A DNA stretch of 64,000 bases from Chloroflexota bacterium (GTDB taxonomy: Bacteria; Chloroflexota; Anaerolineae; Anaerolineales; UBA11579): assembly GCA_013112575.1 (NCBI GenBank), contig JABFGG010000021.1:15663-79662 (forward strand). Direction: 5' to 3'. The translations under genes and the position numbers were made by a program. Under the pieces are notes generated by a model. The model did no database searches, was not told where the DNA came from, and saw nothing but the letters and a program-made list of their open reading frames with translations. Below are positions 1-9,732 of this stretch, piece by piece. The first letter of the stretch is position 1, and each line of letters starts with the position of its first letter.

Positions 1-145
1 TCCTGTAGGATTTATAAAACCAATCAGAGTATTTTGCAAACCTATATAGCTGCCCCTTCGATAAACGGCTTAGATAGGAAAGGTCTTCCAACGAGTCAAT
101 CTTTGGTAAATCGAACAATGATAAACGATATTTATCGGAAGACAT
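1..145 (-). CDS. Retron reverse transcriptase, N-terminus only (runs off the window)
   Basis: Manual translation from ATG at 145: MSSDKYRLSLFDLPKIDSLEDLSYLSRLSKGQLYRFAKYSDWFYKSYR. Resembles the Ec86 RT N-terminus as I recall it (FRLRNLGLPVMNNLHDMSKATRIS...FRYRIY) and lies directly downstream of the msr/msd. Catalytic YADD is not visible in the window. Confidence 0.8.
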   Translation of the reverse strand, partial: MSSDKYRLSLFDLPKIDSLEDLSYLSRLSKGQLYRFAKYSDWFYKSYR

Positions 146-162
146 AACAAATGGAAAAAGTG

Positions 163-312
163 TAGCACTACCCTTACTTCAACCACCAATGCAAGCGAAC
201 TTAATCCATGGCGGAGCCATGGTGGGTGTTCGCTTGCAAATAATGAACTGGTTTTAGCCTCGGGCGACGAATCATCACCCACTGATGCAAGCATCGTCTA
301 AGGGTAGTGCTA
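163..312 (-). ncRNA. Retron msr-msd ncRNA
   Basis: Perfect 14-bp a1/a2 inverted repeat: tagcactaccctta (163-176) / taagggtagtgcta (299-312). Minus strand reads ACCCTTAG with the putative branching G at 298. Two short msr hairpins (284-295, 262-280). Long msd hairpin: 190-200 pairs with 228-238, inner stem 206-212/216-222. Confidence 0.9.
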
Positions 313-331
313 AATATAATTATTCATATTA

Positions 332-1243
332 TTATCGAGAATGCAAGGGCTTATCTCTCAGTTGCCAATTTAATATTCGCATACGTATTGAATCCATAGA
401 TTCCAAATCAAACGTATACCCCTTAGTCCCACTCGTTCCTAATTCATGAAATGTTTCTAGTCCAGAGGGAGTCAACTCGATACCATTGGGACTTATTGTT
501 ATATCTTTTCTTCTGGTTAAGACTGAAATTGCCGTTCGCGTTAAGGCTTCAGCAACTTTCTTTTCTTTATTTGATGCATGCATTACAAGGTCAATGAGGT
601 CATCCATAATTATTGGTTCGAGCAAATATACGCATGAAAGTACATAAAGGTATGCATCCACAATATTTGAAACACCTGAAGGCTTTTCAGATTTTTGAGC
701 AACTTGCTTTATTGCTTTGCGAATATTTGCCATTTCTGATGCGATATCATCGAAATCGGCGAATACAACTTTTCCTTCTTTTGTATCTTTCATCAATCTT
801 AATGGCCCGTAATTTATGAAGCTTTTGTCTTTCTTAAACTCTCTATTCACAACACAAACTATTTTCTTACGTAACTCTTTGTGGCTTGAAAAAACCCCCA
901 ACTCAGCGACTGCCCCGTAGCTTTCAAGAGCTATTAATATAACATCAACACTTTCAGCTAATATACTCTCTAGTGAAATTAAGTCCTGTCTTGAATGCCC
1001 GAGAAGTAAGTTCTCAAAGATTTCTTCAGCAAAAACAATTTGATAGGCATACCTATACCAAATTAACTCTGGCAAGTATTCTGCAATCTGTTGACGTATG
1101 CTACCTTCATCATTGTCACCAGCTCCACACAAAAATATTGTTACTCGTGAGTCTTTATATCTTTTATAAGCCGCTTCGTGAATTTGATTTGCTAACTTCC
1201 TCATAAAAAATGTCCAATATTTATAATCCTTGTGGTTCCCCAA
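332..1243 (-). CDS. Retron type II-A effector (NDT-like N-glycosidase + winged helix; Ec86/St85 effector family)
   Basis: Motifs TIFLCG, LLLG..QDLISLESILAESVDVI, ESYGAVAELGVFS, KSFINYGPLRL and C-terminal ELTPSG parallel the Ec86 effector; ~300 aa; AT-rich. Start may be TTG 1243 or ATG 1204. Confidence 0.88.
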   Translation of the reverse strand: MGNHKDYKYWTFFMRKLANQIHEAAYKRYKDSRVTIFLCGAGDNDEGSIRQQIAEYLPELIWYRYAYQIVFAEEIFENLLLGHSRQDLISLESILAESVDVILIALESYGAVAELGVFSSHKELRKKIVCVVNREFKKDKSFINYGPLRLMKDTKEGKVVFADFDDIASEMANIRKAIKQVAQKSEKPSGVSNIVDAYLYVLSCVYLLEPIIMDDLIDLVMHASNKEKKVAEALTRTAISVLTRRKDITISPNGIELTPSGLETFHELGTSGTKGYTFDLESMDSIRMRILNWQLRDKPLHSR

Positions 1244-1439
1244 TATGACTATCTCATGATCGTTTATTCAAAATCATATTTGTGGGAGTTAAAAAAACAT
1301 TAGTCTTCATAATACGAGATTTGTTGTAATGTATCAATAGGAAAAGAAGTTAATAGTATGGAAACTCTGGCGGAAGTAAATAATATTTGTTATTGTATAA
1401 ATATGGTATTTTTATCGTACTTCCCGAAACAACACGAAG

Positions 1440-1614
1440 TACATTAAGGGTACATACGGGTACATTAATTAGCCCCTTTTTCGCCCTTTCCACCACCAGT
1501 ACCGCCACATCCTCCGCCCTCTCTTCCCTCACCCCCCACATCTGTTATTCCGGCAAAAACCCGCCAGCCCAAATCATGCAACACCCTACATTAACTACAT
1601 ACGGTACATTAATT
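1440..1614. repeat. Imperfect direct repeat pair at the retron island boundary
   Basis: tacattaagggtacatacgggtacattaatt (1440-1470) and tacattaactacatacggtacattaatt (1587-1614). Confidence 0.6.
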
Positions 1615-1702
1615 GGGTAGAGTTTCTGCAGGAAACTCTGAGGTCAAACCGAAGGTTTGACACAAGTACTAGTCCCCCCCTACACATACAGCAACCAACT
1701 GG

Positions 1703-2698
1703 TTAGCTGTTTTCCAGGTCACGTATTGCAGGGATACCGCCAAGAGAAGTCGCCGCCCGCACTCCCCGCAAAATGGCCTCCGTCACCACCTGCGCCGCAA
1801 AAGCCCCCACAATATTGACATCCGCTTTTTTCTTACCCGTCGCCAGTGAAAAGATCGTATCCCCATCCATCATCGTGTTCGCCGGGCGGATGCTGCGCAC
1901 CAACCCATTTTGCGCCATCTGCGCCATTTTAGTGGCCTGCTCCTTATTCAATTTCGCATTGGTTGCCACCACACCGATCACCGTATTCTGCCGTGACGCC
2001 AACCCCATGATCGTCCTGCCCACCAAGCCCCGCGTCACCTCAAGCGTATCCGCAAATAACCCCTCCCCGATCTTCAGCGGGCCTTTCTTGATGCTGCGCG
2101 CCCCCGCAATGATCTCATTTTTTTCCGGGTTGATCACATCCCCAAAGGCATTCACCGCCACAATGGCACCCACCACCACGCCCCCGCCGATCTCCATGCT
2201 GGCCGTACCAATGCCGCTTTTCACAGCTTGCCCGCCCCCCAGTATCTTCCCCACCGTTGCTCCTGTGCCGGCCCCCACGCTGCCCTCTGCTGGCGCATCA
2301 CTGTTGGCGTTCAAGCAGGCCTGATAACCCATGTCAGCATCGGGGCGCACGTCCGCGCTGCCAATGCCCAGGTCAAACAAGATGGCTGCTGGCACGATAG
2401 GCACGCGCGCCACACCCACATTGAATCCGATCTTCTTTTCTTCCAGGTATCGCACCGCACCGCCGGCTGAGTCAAGTCCAAAAGCCGAACCCCCGGAAAG
2501 CACAATGGCATGCGCCTTATCCACCAGATGCACGGGATGCATGGCATCCACCTCGCGGGTACCGGGTGCCCCGCCGCGTTGGTCCACACCGCCCACGGCC
2601 CCATCGGGGCAGAGAATAACCGTACAACCTGTGATAGCCTCCAAGTCCTGCGCATGCCCTACTTGAATGCCTTTGATATCTGTAATTGAATTATTCAT
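1703..2698 (-). CDS. P1 family peptidase (DmpA-like Ntn hydrolase)
   Basis: NSITDI.GIQVGHA, RGGAPGTRE, LSGGSAFGL, GSVGAGTGA, NT nucleophile site, DGDTIF. Confidence 0.9.
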   Translation of the reverse strand: MNNSITDIKGIQVGHAQDLEAITGCTVILCPDGAVGGVDQRGGAPGTREVDAMHPVHLVDKAHAIVLSGGSAFGLDSAGGAVRYLEEKKIGFNVGVARVPIVPAAILFDLGIGSADVRPDADMGYQACLNANSDAPAEGSVGAGTGATVGKILGGGQAVKSGIGTASMEIGGGVVVGAIVAVNAFGDVINPEKNEIIAGARSIKKGPLKIGEGLFADTLEVTRGLVGRTIMGLASRQNTVIGVVATNAKLNKEQATKMAQMAQNGLVRSIRPANTMMDGDTIFSLATGKKKADVNIVGAFAAQVVTEAILRGVRAATSLGGIPAIRDLENS

Positions 2699-2714
2699 TG
2701 ACTTTCCTCTACCT

Positions 2715-3899
2715 CTATTTCACGATCAACTCTGTCTGTGGCTCACTCAGGAACACGCAGCCATCATCGGTAACCAGCACATCTTCTTCCAGACCGATGT
2801 AGCCGTAGCCTTCGACCATCAGGCCCGGTTCAACTGTAAAAACCTGCCCGGCTTCGAGGGGCATGTCGGGTAAGTTGCCGTACTTCTCCCACTTGGGGCC
2901 CAATAGCGCGCCGCCATCGTGAGCTTCGCGGCCCAGTTGGTGACCGAGCGCATATTTGAATTCGGGGTAGCCCGCGTCTGTGACGATGTCGCGGGCGATG
3001 TCGTCAATACTTTTACCGGTGACACCGGGCCGCATGGCCTTGACGGCTTCCTGAACGGCCAGCACGATGGTATCGAAACCGCGCTGTACAGCTTCTGGAA
3101 CCTGATCTTCGTCCTCTGCCTTTACATACATGACACGCTGGATGTCGGAACAGTATTCGTCCTGACGCACACCAAAATCAAAGTGCACAAGTTGGCCTGC
3201 TTTGACTTCGAGCTCTGTAGGGCCGACGTGACCAATGGGACTGTCTGCCCCGGCGTTGACGGTGGGGCAGTGGTTCAACTCCCAGGCAGGTTCAACACCG
3301 TATTCTTGCAGCTTGCCGTGCATAAAAGCACTGATATCCAATTCACTGCGACCCGGCTGCGTATAGCCAAAGGCTTCCTGGTAGATAGCTTCGGTGGTGT
3401 GAATGGCTTGTTTGACGCGTTCAATCTCGCTGGGAGTTTTGCGGCCGCGCAGTGCGCCGATCACATCTGCGGCTGAGACAAGCCGGCTTGCATAGGGCGT
3501 ACCCTCAAAATGTTCGAGCAAGGTCAGGTACATACCGTGGCTGAGGCCGTCGGCATGCACGTTGTCGGTAGAATAATTGATGGCAATCTGAGCCGGGTCG
3601 AGCCGCGTGATGGTTTCCAACAATAGCTCGCGGATGCCTTCATCATAGGTCAGGATAGTGTTGTAGGCTCCCAGGCGCTGCACTGTGTCCTCTTCCAGCC
3701 GCCCGGCGATGGCGATGCTCTCACCCGTTTTGGTGATGATCAGGGCACTGGGCCAGGTCAGATTGTGACCATAGATCAAAGGCAGAATGGGGTCTTCGCC
3801 CGCACTGGTCTCGCGCACGAAAGTCATCCAGAGGTCGACGTCCAGTTCCTGGAGGATGCCAATAGCCTGCTTTACTTTTTCCTGTACGATGCTGGTCAT
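2715..3899 (-). CDS. M24 family Xaa-Pro peptidase
   Basis: DFGV..DEYCSDIQR, GHQLGREAHD, TVEPG, LEEDVLVT metal-binding motifs. Confidence 0.9.
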   Translation of the reverse strand: MTSIVQEKVKQAIGILQELDVDLWMTFVRETSAGEDPILPLIYGHNLTWPSALIITKTGESIAIAGRLEEDTVQRLGAYNTILTYDEGIRELLLETITRLDPAQIAINYSTDNVHADGLSHGMYLTLLEHFEGTPYASRLVSAADVIGALRGRKTPSEIERVKQAIHTTEAIYQEAFGYTQPGRSELDISAFMHGKLQEYGVEPAWELNHCPTVNAGADSPIGHVGPTELEVKAGQLVHFDFGVRQDEYCSDIQRVMYVKAEDEDQVPEAVQRGFDTIVLAVQEAVKAMRPGVTGKSIDDIARDIVTDAGYPEFKYALGHQLGREAHDGGALLGPKWEKYGNLPDMPLEAGQVFTVEPGLMVEGYGYIGLEEDVLVTDDGCVFLSEPQTELIVK

Positions 3900-6088
3900 G
3901 CGTCTTCCTCACCTGTTTTTATTGGTCGACTATCATCCGTGATCCACTCGCTCCATGAACCGGGATATATTTTGGCCTCGCCCAATCCGGCATGCAATAC
4001 TGCGAGGGCGTTGTGTGCGGCGGTTACACCGGAACCGCAATAGAAGATCAGATTCTCGGCAGCATGTTTCTCTAGGAGGGATGCAAATCGGCCACGTAAT
4101 TCATCAGGGGTCTTAAAGCCAGTTTCGTTTACGTTGCCAGCGTAGGGGAGGTTGACTGCCCCGGGGATGTGCCCGGCAACGGGATCGATGGGTTCCTCAT
4201 CACCGCGGTAACGCTCCGGCCCGCGCGAATCGACCACAACGTAATTGGGGTCAAGTAAGACACCTAAGACCTTATCTGCATCTGCTGCCAGCTCATCTTG
4301 CAGGGATGGGCTAAATGTCCGGGGTTGATTTCCTTCTTCCCCGGAAACCGTATCAAATTTAGCAGCCTGCCAGGCGGCCCAGCCCCCATCGAGCACGGCC
4401 ACGGCATTATGCCCCAGCCAGCGCAGCATCCACCATAAGCGAGCTGCATAGGCGCCACTCAGGTCGTCGTAAACCACCACCTGCACATTTTCATCAATGC
4501 CCCAGTTTGACAGTTTGTCGACGAATTCATCGATGGATGGCAGGGGGTGGCGGCTGGTCTTTCCTGGGATGATTTGGCCGGACAGGTCTTCGTCCAGGTG
4601 AGCGTAGACCGCGCCCGGGATGTGGGCCTGCAAGTAGGCCTTTCTTCCATATTCCGTATCGTCTAGAGAAAAGCGGCAATCTACGATCACCCATTCCTTA
4701 TTTCCTGATTGGGTTTGAAGCTCATTTACAGAAATCAGGGTTTCAAACTTCATCTTGCACCTTTGCAGTAAACGGCGGTTGCTTATAAAGAGGGTCAGTG
4801 CATCCGCACCCATCGAGAGGGTCACGGCCAGCACGGCCATGGTGATGCCCGGCATCTGGATGCTGACCCCAATCGTCAGCACGGTGATGAGGACGATCAG
4901 ATCAACGATCATGCCTAATGTAACAGGTAACGTATTTCCTTTAGCCGTCAGCGTACCGCGATAATAGCTCATCCAGGCCATGAAAATGGGTAAGAGAATG
5001 CCCAATTGCGCACCCGTTTTTGCCAGGCCCGCCAGGGTGTCATTGACCCCGATCATATCCTTGAAGTAGAAATCGGACAGTGGCGTAAAGACAACCAGCA
5101 ACAAGAGGCCGATGACCACCAGGCTCATACGCAGGCTGAAGGTCCACAGAGCATTGCGGCTATCCTTCTCTTCATGTAAGGCAATGACGACTTCAGGCAA
5201 GGCCATGCCGGGCGCTCGCGAATAAAACAACAGACCGTTGAGCACTGGCCAGGCAGCCAGGTTGATCTCCGGGTTGGGGCTGCGCGCAAGGGCTGCCCCG
5301 ATCAGCGGGTAGGTGAAGAGGAAGAGGGTGCTGGTGGCTGCCAGGGGGGTGTGAAACCTGACCAGCCCGTTATAGCTTAAATCGGGCAAATCACGTTGTT
5401 CAGCTTGTGGGCCAAAATGCTCTTTGAGCGTGGCACGGGAGACCCAATGGGCGTAGACCGCTTCGAAGATGACGCCCACGCTGAGAGCTAAGGTTCCGAC
5501 CTCCACACCGGAAAACAGACCAGAAAAGGCAGCGAGTGTCGCCACGCCCACTGAGCCGACCAGGCGTACAATTGTGCCCTGGCCGACGTAACGCGTTTTT
5601 CCATAACGAATGAGGATGCCCTGAATGAAACGTCGCCAGGCGATGGCCGCGCTCCATGGAATCATCAATTGCAAGCCCAGGCGAATGGGTTCGATCAGGG
5701 TTTCCGGGACGCGCATCAATTGCACGATGACCAGGTCGAAGAGGGGTGTAAACCCCATGAGGATGTGCACGATGGTGGTCAGGATCATTAGATGGATCGT
5801 GAAACGCCTAAGCACCAGATAATGCTGGCGGTTGCGCGCCTTGGCCGTACTGGTGGAGAGCAGATTGATGACGGGGCTTTCAATAGTGATGCTGATAGCG
5901 GCCACCACACCAAAGGCGGCGATCATACGCTCGGCTTCTGAGATGCGCGCCAGCATAGCGTTGACGTAGGGCATCTCACTGGCCATCAAGAGCCAACTGG
6001 CTGCCAGGGGTAACCAGTACAGGAAAATGCGACGCTGGCTGAGCGAAGGCGCTGGTGTTGTGTTGAGGGCTTCAACGTTTTGTGCCAT
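3896..6088 (-). CDS. MATE/ANKH-like membrane protein in one frame with a tandem-rhodanese sulfurtransferase (SseA-like; internal ATG at 4753)
   Basis: N-terminal ~445 aa multi-TM. C-terminal part has HIPGA, RHPLP, ARLWW, GHIPGA, YCGSGVTA and YPGSWSEW. Confidence 0.75.
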   Translation of the reverse strand: MAQNVEALNTTPAPSLSQRRIFLYWLPLAASWLLMASEMPYVNAMLARISEAERMIAAFGVVAAISITIESPVINLLSTSTAKARNRQHYLVLRRFTIHLMILTTIVHILMGFTPLFDLVIVQLMRVPETLIEPIRLGLQLMIPWSAAIAWRRFIQGILIRYGKTRYVGQGTIVRLVGSVGVATLAAFSGLFSGVEVGTLALSVGVIFEAVYAHWVSRATLKEHFGPQAEQRDLPDLSYNGLVRFHTPLAATSTLFLFTYPLIGAALARSPNPEINLAAWPVLNGLLFYSRAPGMALPEVVIALHEEKDSRNALWTFSLRMSLVVIGLLLLVVFTPLSDFYFKDMIGVNDTLAGLAKTGAQLGILLPIFMAWMSYYRGTLTAKGNTLPVTLGMIVDLIVLITVLTIGVSIQMPGITMAVLAVTLSMGADALTLFISNRRLLQRCKMKFETLISVNELQTQSGNKEWVIVDCRFSLDDTEYGRKAYLQAHIPGAVYAHLDEDLSGQIIPGKTSRHPLPSIDEFVDKLSNWGIDENVQVVVYDDLSGAYAARLWWMLRWLGHNAVAVLDGGWAAWQAAKFDTVSGEEGNQPRTFSPSLQDELAADADKVLGVLLDPNYVVVDSRGPERYRGDEEPIDPVAGHIPGAVNLPYAGNVNETGFKTPDELRGRFASLLEKHAAENLIFYCGSGVTAAHNALAVLHAGLGEAKIYPGSWSEWITDDSRPIKTGEEDA

Positions 6089-6227
6089 GGCGTCAGTTTA
6101 CCATTGCCATAGTCACGGTACAATGTGAGGGAAAGTGAATAGTTATTTGTTATCAGTTATTAGGGATATGTATGTTTTGAAATTTGGAGTTTTGCACTTA
6201 CCCATAACCAATAATCAATAACTCACA

Positions 6228-9200
6228 ATGCACTTACAACTCTCTAACCTTCCTTTTCCCGGCAACTACGAATTCCATATCTCGCGACGAGCGCGTGACC
6301 GCTACGCTTTTGATGCAACGATATTCCAATTGAACGGCAATGTGCTTTTCGCTGATTTCCGCGCTGCCCGCGAATTCACCCAACGCATGAATCTGGAACG
6401 CGATGTGGTTGCCGACCCACAATTGGCCGTGCGCGCCGGGGACATCAATGCCCTGGGCCTGATCGATGAGATCCTGCATTACGTGGCAGGTCTGTATAAG
6501 CAGCAGGAAAACATAAAAGTTTTTGAGGAAGGACTGTCCTACCTTTACGCGCGCCTGGGGCCGGAGATGGTGGACGCCGCACTGATGAGTTTCACCGGGC
6601 AATTCCCTGCAGTAGCCGTGTATCAAGGGGAGCTATCGCCTTCCGAGTATCTGGAAGGTCAAAGTGGTGGGGTACCGAATCGTTTGATCGTGCTAGAGGA
6701 AATGCTGCTGTTGTGGCTGGCGAATGCCAACCCGGCCTTCGAACCATTCAGTGAACTATTTGATGATAAAGACCTGCGTATGCATTCGGTCTATGCCCAG
6801 ATGATCGATGGCCTGCAGGATTTCTTTGATGAACAGCCACCCTTTGGGCCTGAACATCAAAACCTGGTGAGCATGTTGCGCACACCAGCAGTCATGGTGC
6901 CTAACTCACTTTCAGGGCAATTAGAGTACATCCGGGCGCATTGGGCTGACCTACTGGGTGATTATCTGTTGCGTTTGTTGACCAGCCTGGATCTGATTGC
7001 CGAGGAAAGCCGACTACCTTTTACAGGCTTTGGCCCGCCTGATGTATACGATTTCAGCGCCTGGGGGATGAGCATTGATGAAGAGCCGGAGCGTTTCAGC
7101 CCCGATAAAGATTGGATGCCCAGCCTGGTGCTTATGGCCAAGAACGCTTACGTGTGGCTCGACCAGCTTTCCAAAACTTATGGGCGCGAGATCAAACAGC
7201 TCGACCAGATACCGGATGAAGAACTGGATAAACTGGCAGACTGGGGTTTTAACGGCTTGTGGTTGATCGGTTTGTGGGAGCGTAGCACGGCCTCCAAAAA
7301 GATCAAGCAGATGCGTGGCAATGAGGATGCCATCGCCTCGGCTTATTCACTCTACGATTACACTATCGCCCATGACCTGGGGGGCGAGGAGGCGGTAAAC
7401 AACTTGCGAGAACGCGCTTGGCAGCGCGGTATGCGCCTGGCCAGCGACATGGTGCCCAACCACATGGGCATTGATTCGCGTTGGGTCTTGGAACACCCTG
7501 ACTGGTTCCTGAGCCTGCCACAGAGTCCCTATCCCTCTTATTCCTTCAATGGCGTTGACCTGACAGACAATGACAATGTAGGCATCTATCTGGAAGACCA
7601 TTACTATGACGACAGCGATGCCGCCGTGGTCTTCAAGCGCGTCGATGCTTTAGGGGAAGCGCGCTACATTTATCATGGCAACGACGGCACGGGCCTGCCG
7701 TGGAATGACACCGCCCAACTGGATTTCCTCAAAGCCGAAGTGCGTGAGGGTGTTATACAGACTATCTTACACGTGGCGCGCCAGTTCCCAGTGATCCGCT
7801 TCGACGCTGCCATGACCCTGGCAAAAAAACATATCCAACGTTTATGGTTCCCCAAGCCCGGGGAAGGAGGGGCGGTGCCCTCACGCGCGGAACATGCCAT
7901 GAGCCAGGCCGCCTTTGATGCTGCTATCCCGGAGGAGTTCTGGCGCGAGGTGGTGGACCGCATAGCCCAGGAAGTGCCCGACACGCTCTTGCTGGCCGAG
8001 GCTTTCTGGATGATGGAAGGCTATTTTGTGCGTACGCTGGGTATGCATCGTGTATATAACAGTGCCTTCATGCACATGCTGCGCGATGAAGACAATGCTA
8101 AATACCGCGCTGTGATGAAGAACACGCTTGAGTTCAACCCACAGATCCTCAAACGCTTTGTCAACTTCATGAATAACCCGGATGAGGATACTGCTGAGGC
8201 CCAGTTCGGCAAGGGCGACAAATACTTTGGGGTGGCCGTGATGATGGCGACCTTACCCGGCCTGCCCATGTTCGGCCATGGGCAAATCGAAGGCTTTACC
8301 GAAAAATATGGCATGGAATACCAGCGCGCTTATTATGATGAACAACCCGATGAAGGGCTGGTAAACCATCACCAACGCGTGATCTTCCCACTGTTGCGCC
8401 GCCGCCGCTTATTCGCCGAAGTAGATGATTTTCTGCTCTACGATTTCTTTTCACCACATAGTTTGGTCAATGAGGACGTGTTCGCTTATTCCAACCGTTT
8501 GGGCGATCAACGCGCATTGGTGGTGTATCACAATAAGTTCGGGGAGGCACAGGGCTGGATGCGCACTTCGGCAGCTTACGCGCAAACAGATGGTGAGGAA
8601 AGTGCCCTGGTGCAGCGCAAGCTAGGGGAGGGGCTGGGGTTGGATGGGGGGCATAACGTGTTCTGGGTCTTCCGCGACTATGTTAGCGGCTTACAATATA
8701 TCCGCAATGCTAGAGATCTTTCAGAGGGTGGCCTGTATCTGGAATTAGGTGCTTACCAGGCGCAAGTCTTCCTGGATTTTGATAAGGTCTACGATAGTCC
8801 TGAGACCCCATATGCCCAACTGAATGCTGAGCTGGATGGCAAAGGCGTCCCTAATATCTATCAGGCTTTGAGGGAACTCGAATTGCGCCCGGTGCTGCAG
8901 CCTTTCCGGGAGTTGGTCAACGCTGGCATGATGAACTACCTGATCGATAACCGTGCCCAAAAACCAAGGGCCAGGCTGCCCAAAGCATTGCTTGACGAAA
9001 CCCGGCAGAAGACGGGGAATCTACTACAGGCTACCAAAGCCTTTTCCAATGGGGCAGGGGACCCAACCAAACTGGAAAAGAAGATATTGACAGACCTTAA
9101 AGCTGTGCTGGCCTTGCCCGTATTGTATGAAAAATATCCTCTGCCGCGCTCGCGTAAATATAAGATTGTGGTCAACATGCTGTTAGAGGGCCTGGATGAG

Positions 9201-9731
9201 AACAAAGGTGCCTGGGCCACGTTACTTAGCTGGGTATTGGTTTCAAAGTTAGGCGCTGTCGCTGATCCGGAAAATGCCTTACAAACCAGCCGCGCCTGGT
9301 TGGATGAATGGTTGCTGGACCGACAGATCGCGGCAATGCTTCAAGAAACTGGCGTGGATGAAGGGGCAGCCTGGCAGCGTGTGGCCCTATTGAGGGCAAT
9401 AATCGGTCAAAGGCATTGGTACCGAGATGATGGCAGCCTGCGACGGAAAGCCTACCGTATCATGCGCAGGTTGTTGGAAGATGTAGAAGTCCGCCAATAC
9501 CTCAATATCAACGAACACGAAAGTGTGGTGTGGTTCAACAAAGAAGCCATGGAGGATTTATTGTGGTGGCTGCTGGCCATTGGCGTTGGTGACATTACAG
9601 CTAACCCTAAGATCAAAAAAGCCGACAAGCCAGAACGAATCGTGGCCGTGTACGACATCATAAAGAAGGTGCTACAATCTTTGGAGGCCTCGGCTTACCA
9701 GGTCGAAAAACTCCTTGAGGAGCTTGCCTGA
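6228..9731 (+). CDS. GH13 alpha-amylase family glycosyl hydrolase
   Basis: DMVPNH, RFDAAM, LLAEAFW catalytic regions; clustered with glgA and malQ. Confidence 0.85.
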   Translation: MHLQLSNLPFPGNYEFHISRRARDRYAFDATIFQLNGNVLFADFRAAREFTQRMNLERDVVADPQLAVRAGDINALGLIDEILHYVAGLYKQQENIKVFEEGLSYLYARLGPEMVDAALMSFTGQFPAVAVYQGELSPSEYLEGQSGGVPNRLIVLEEMLLLWLANANPAFEPFSELFDDKDLRMHSVYAQMIDGLQDFFDEQPPFGPEHQNLVSMLRTPAVMVPNSLSGQLEYIRAHWADLLGDYLLRLLTSLDLIAEESRLPFTGFGPPDVYDFSAWGMSIDEEPERFSPDKDWMPSLVLMAKNAYVWLDQLSKTYGREIKQLDQIPDEELDKLADWGFNGLWLIGLWERSTASKKIKQMRGNEDAIASAYSLYDYTIAHDLGGEEAVNNLRERAWQRGMRLASDMVPNHMGIDSRWVLEHPDWFLSLPQSPYPSYSFNGVDLTDNDNVGIYLEDHYYDDSDAAVVFKRVDALGEARYIYHGNDGTGLPWNDTAQLDFLKAEVREGVIQTILHVARQFPVIRFDAAMTLAKKHIQRLWFPKPGEGGAVPSRAEHAMSQAAFDAAIPEEFWREVVDRIAQEVPDTLLLAEAFWMMEGYFVRTLGMHRVYNSAFMHMLRDEDNAKYRAVMKNTLEFNPQILKRFVNFMNNPDEDTAEAQFGKGDKYFGVAVMMATLPGLPMFGHGQIEGFTEKYGMEYQRAYYDEQPDEGLVNHHQRVIFPLLRRRRLFAEVDDFLLYDFFSPHSLVNEDVFAYSNRLGDQRALVVYHNKFGEAQGWMRTSAAYAQTDGEESALVQRKLGEGLGLDGGHNVFWVFRDYVSGLQYIRNARDLSEGGLYLELGAYQAQVFLDFDKVYDSPETPYAQLNAELDGKGVPNIYQALRELELRPVLQPFRELVNAGMMNYLIDNRAQKPRARLPKALLDETRQKTGNLLQATKAFSNGAGDPTKLEKKILTDLKAVLALPVLYEKYPLPRSRKYKIVVNMLLEGLDENKGAWATLLSWVLVSKLGAVADPENALQTSRAWLDEWLLDRQIAAMLQETGVDEGAAWQRVALLRAIIGQRHWYRDDGSLRRKAYRIMRRLLEDVEVRQYLNINEHESVVWFNKEAMEDLLWWLLAIGVGDITANPKIKKADKPERIVAVYDIIKKVLQSLEASAYQVEKLLEELA

Positions 9732-9732
9732 C

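Noticed and set aside
70-294. 74-aa ORF from the track
   Set aside because: It overlaps the retron ncRNA and the RT start in another frame; the structure explains the region better.
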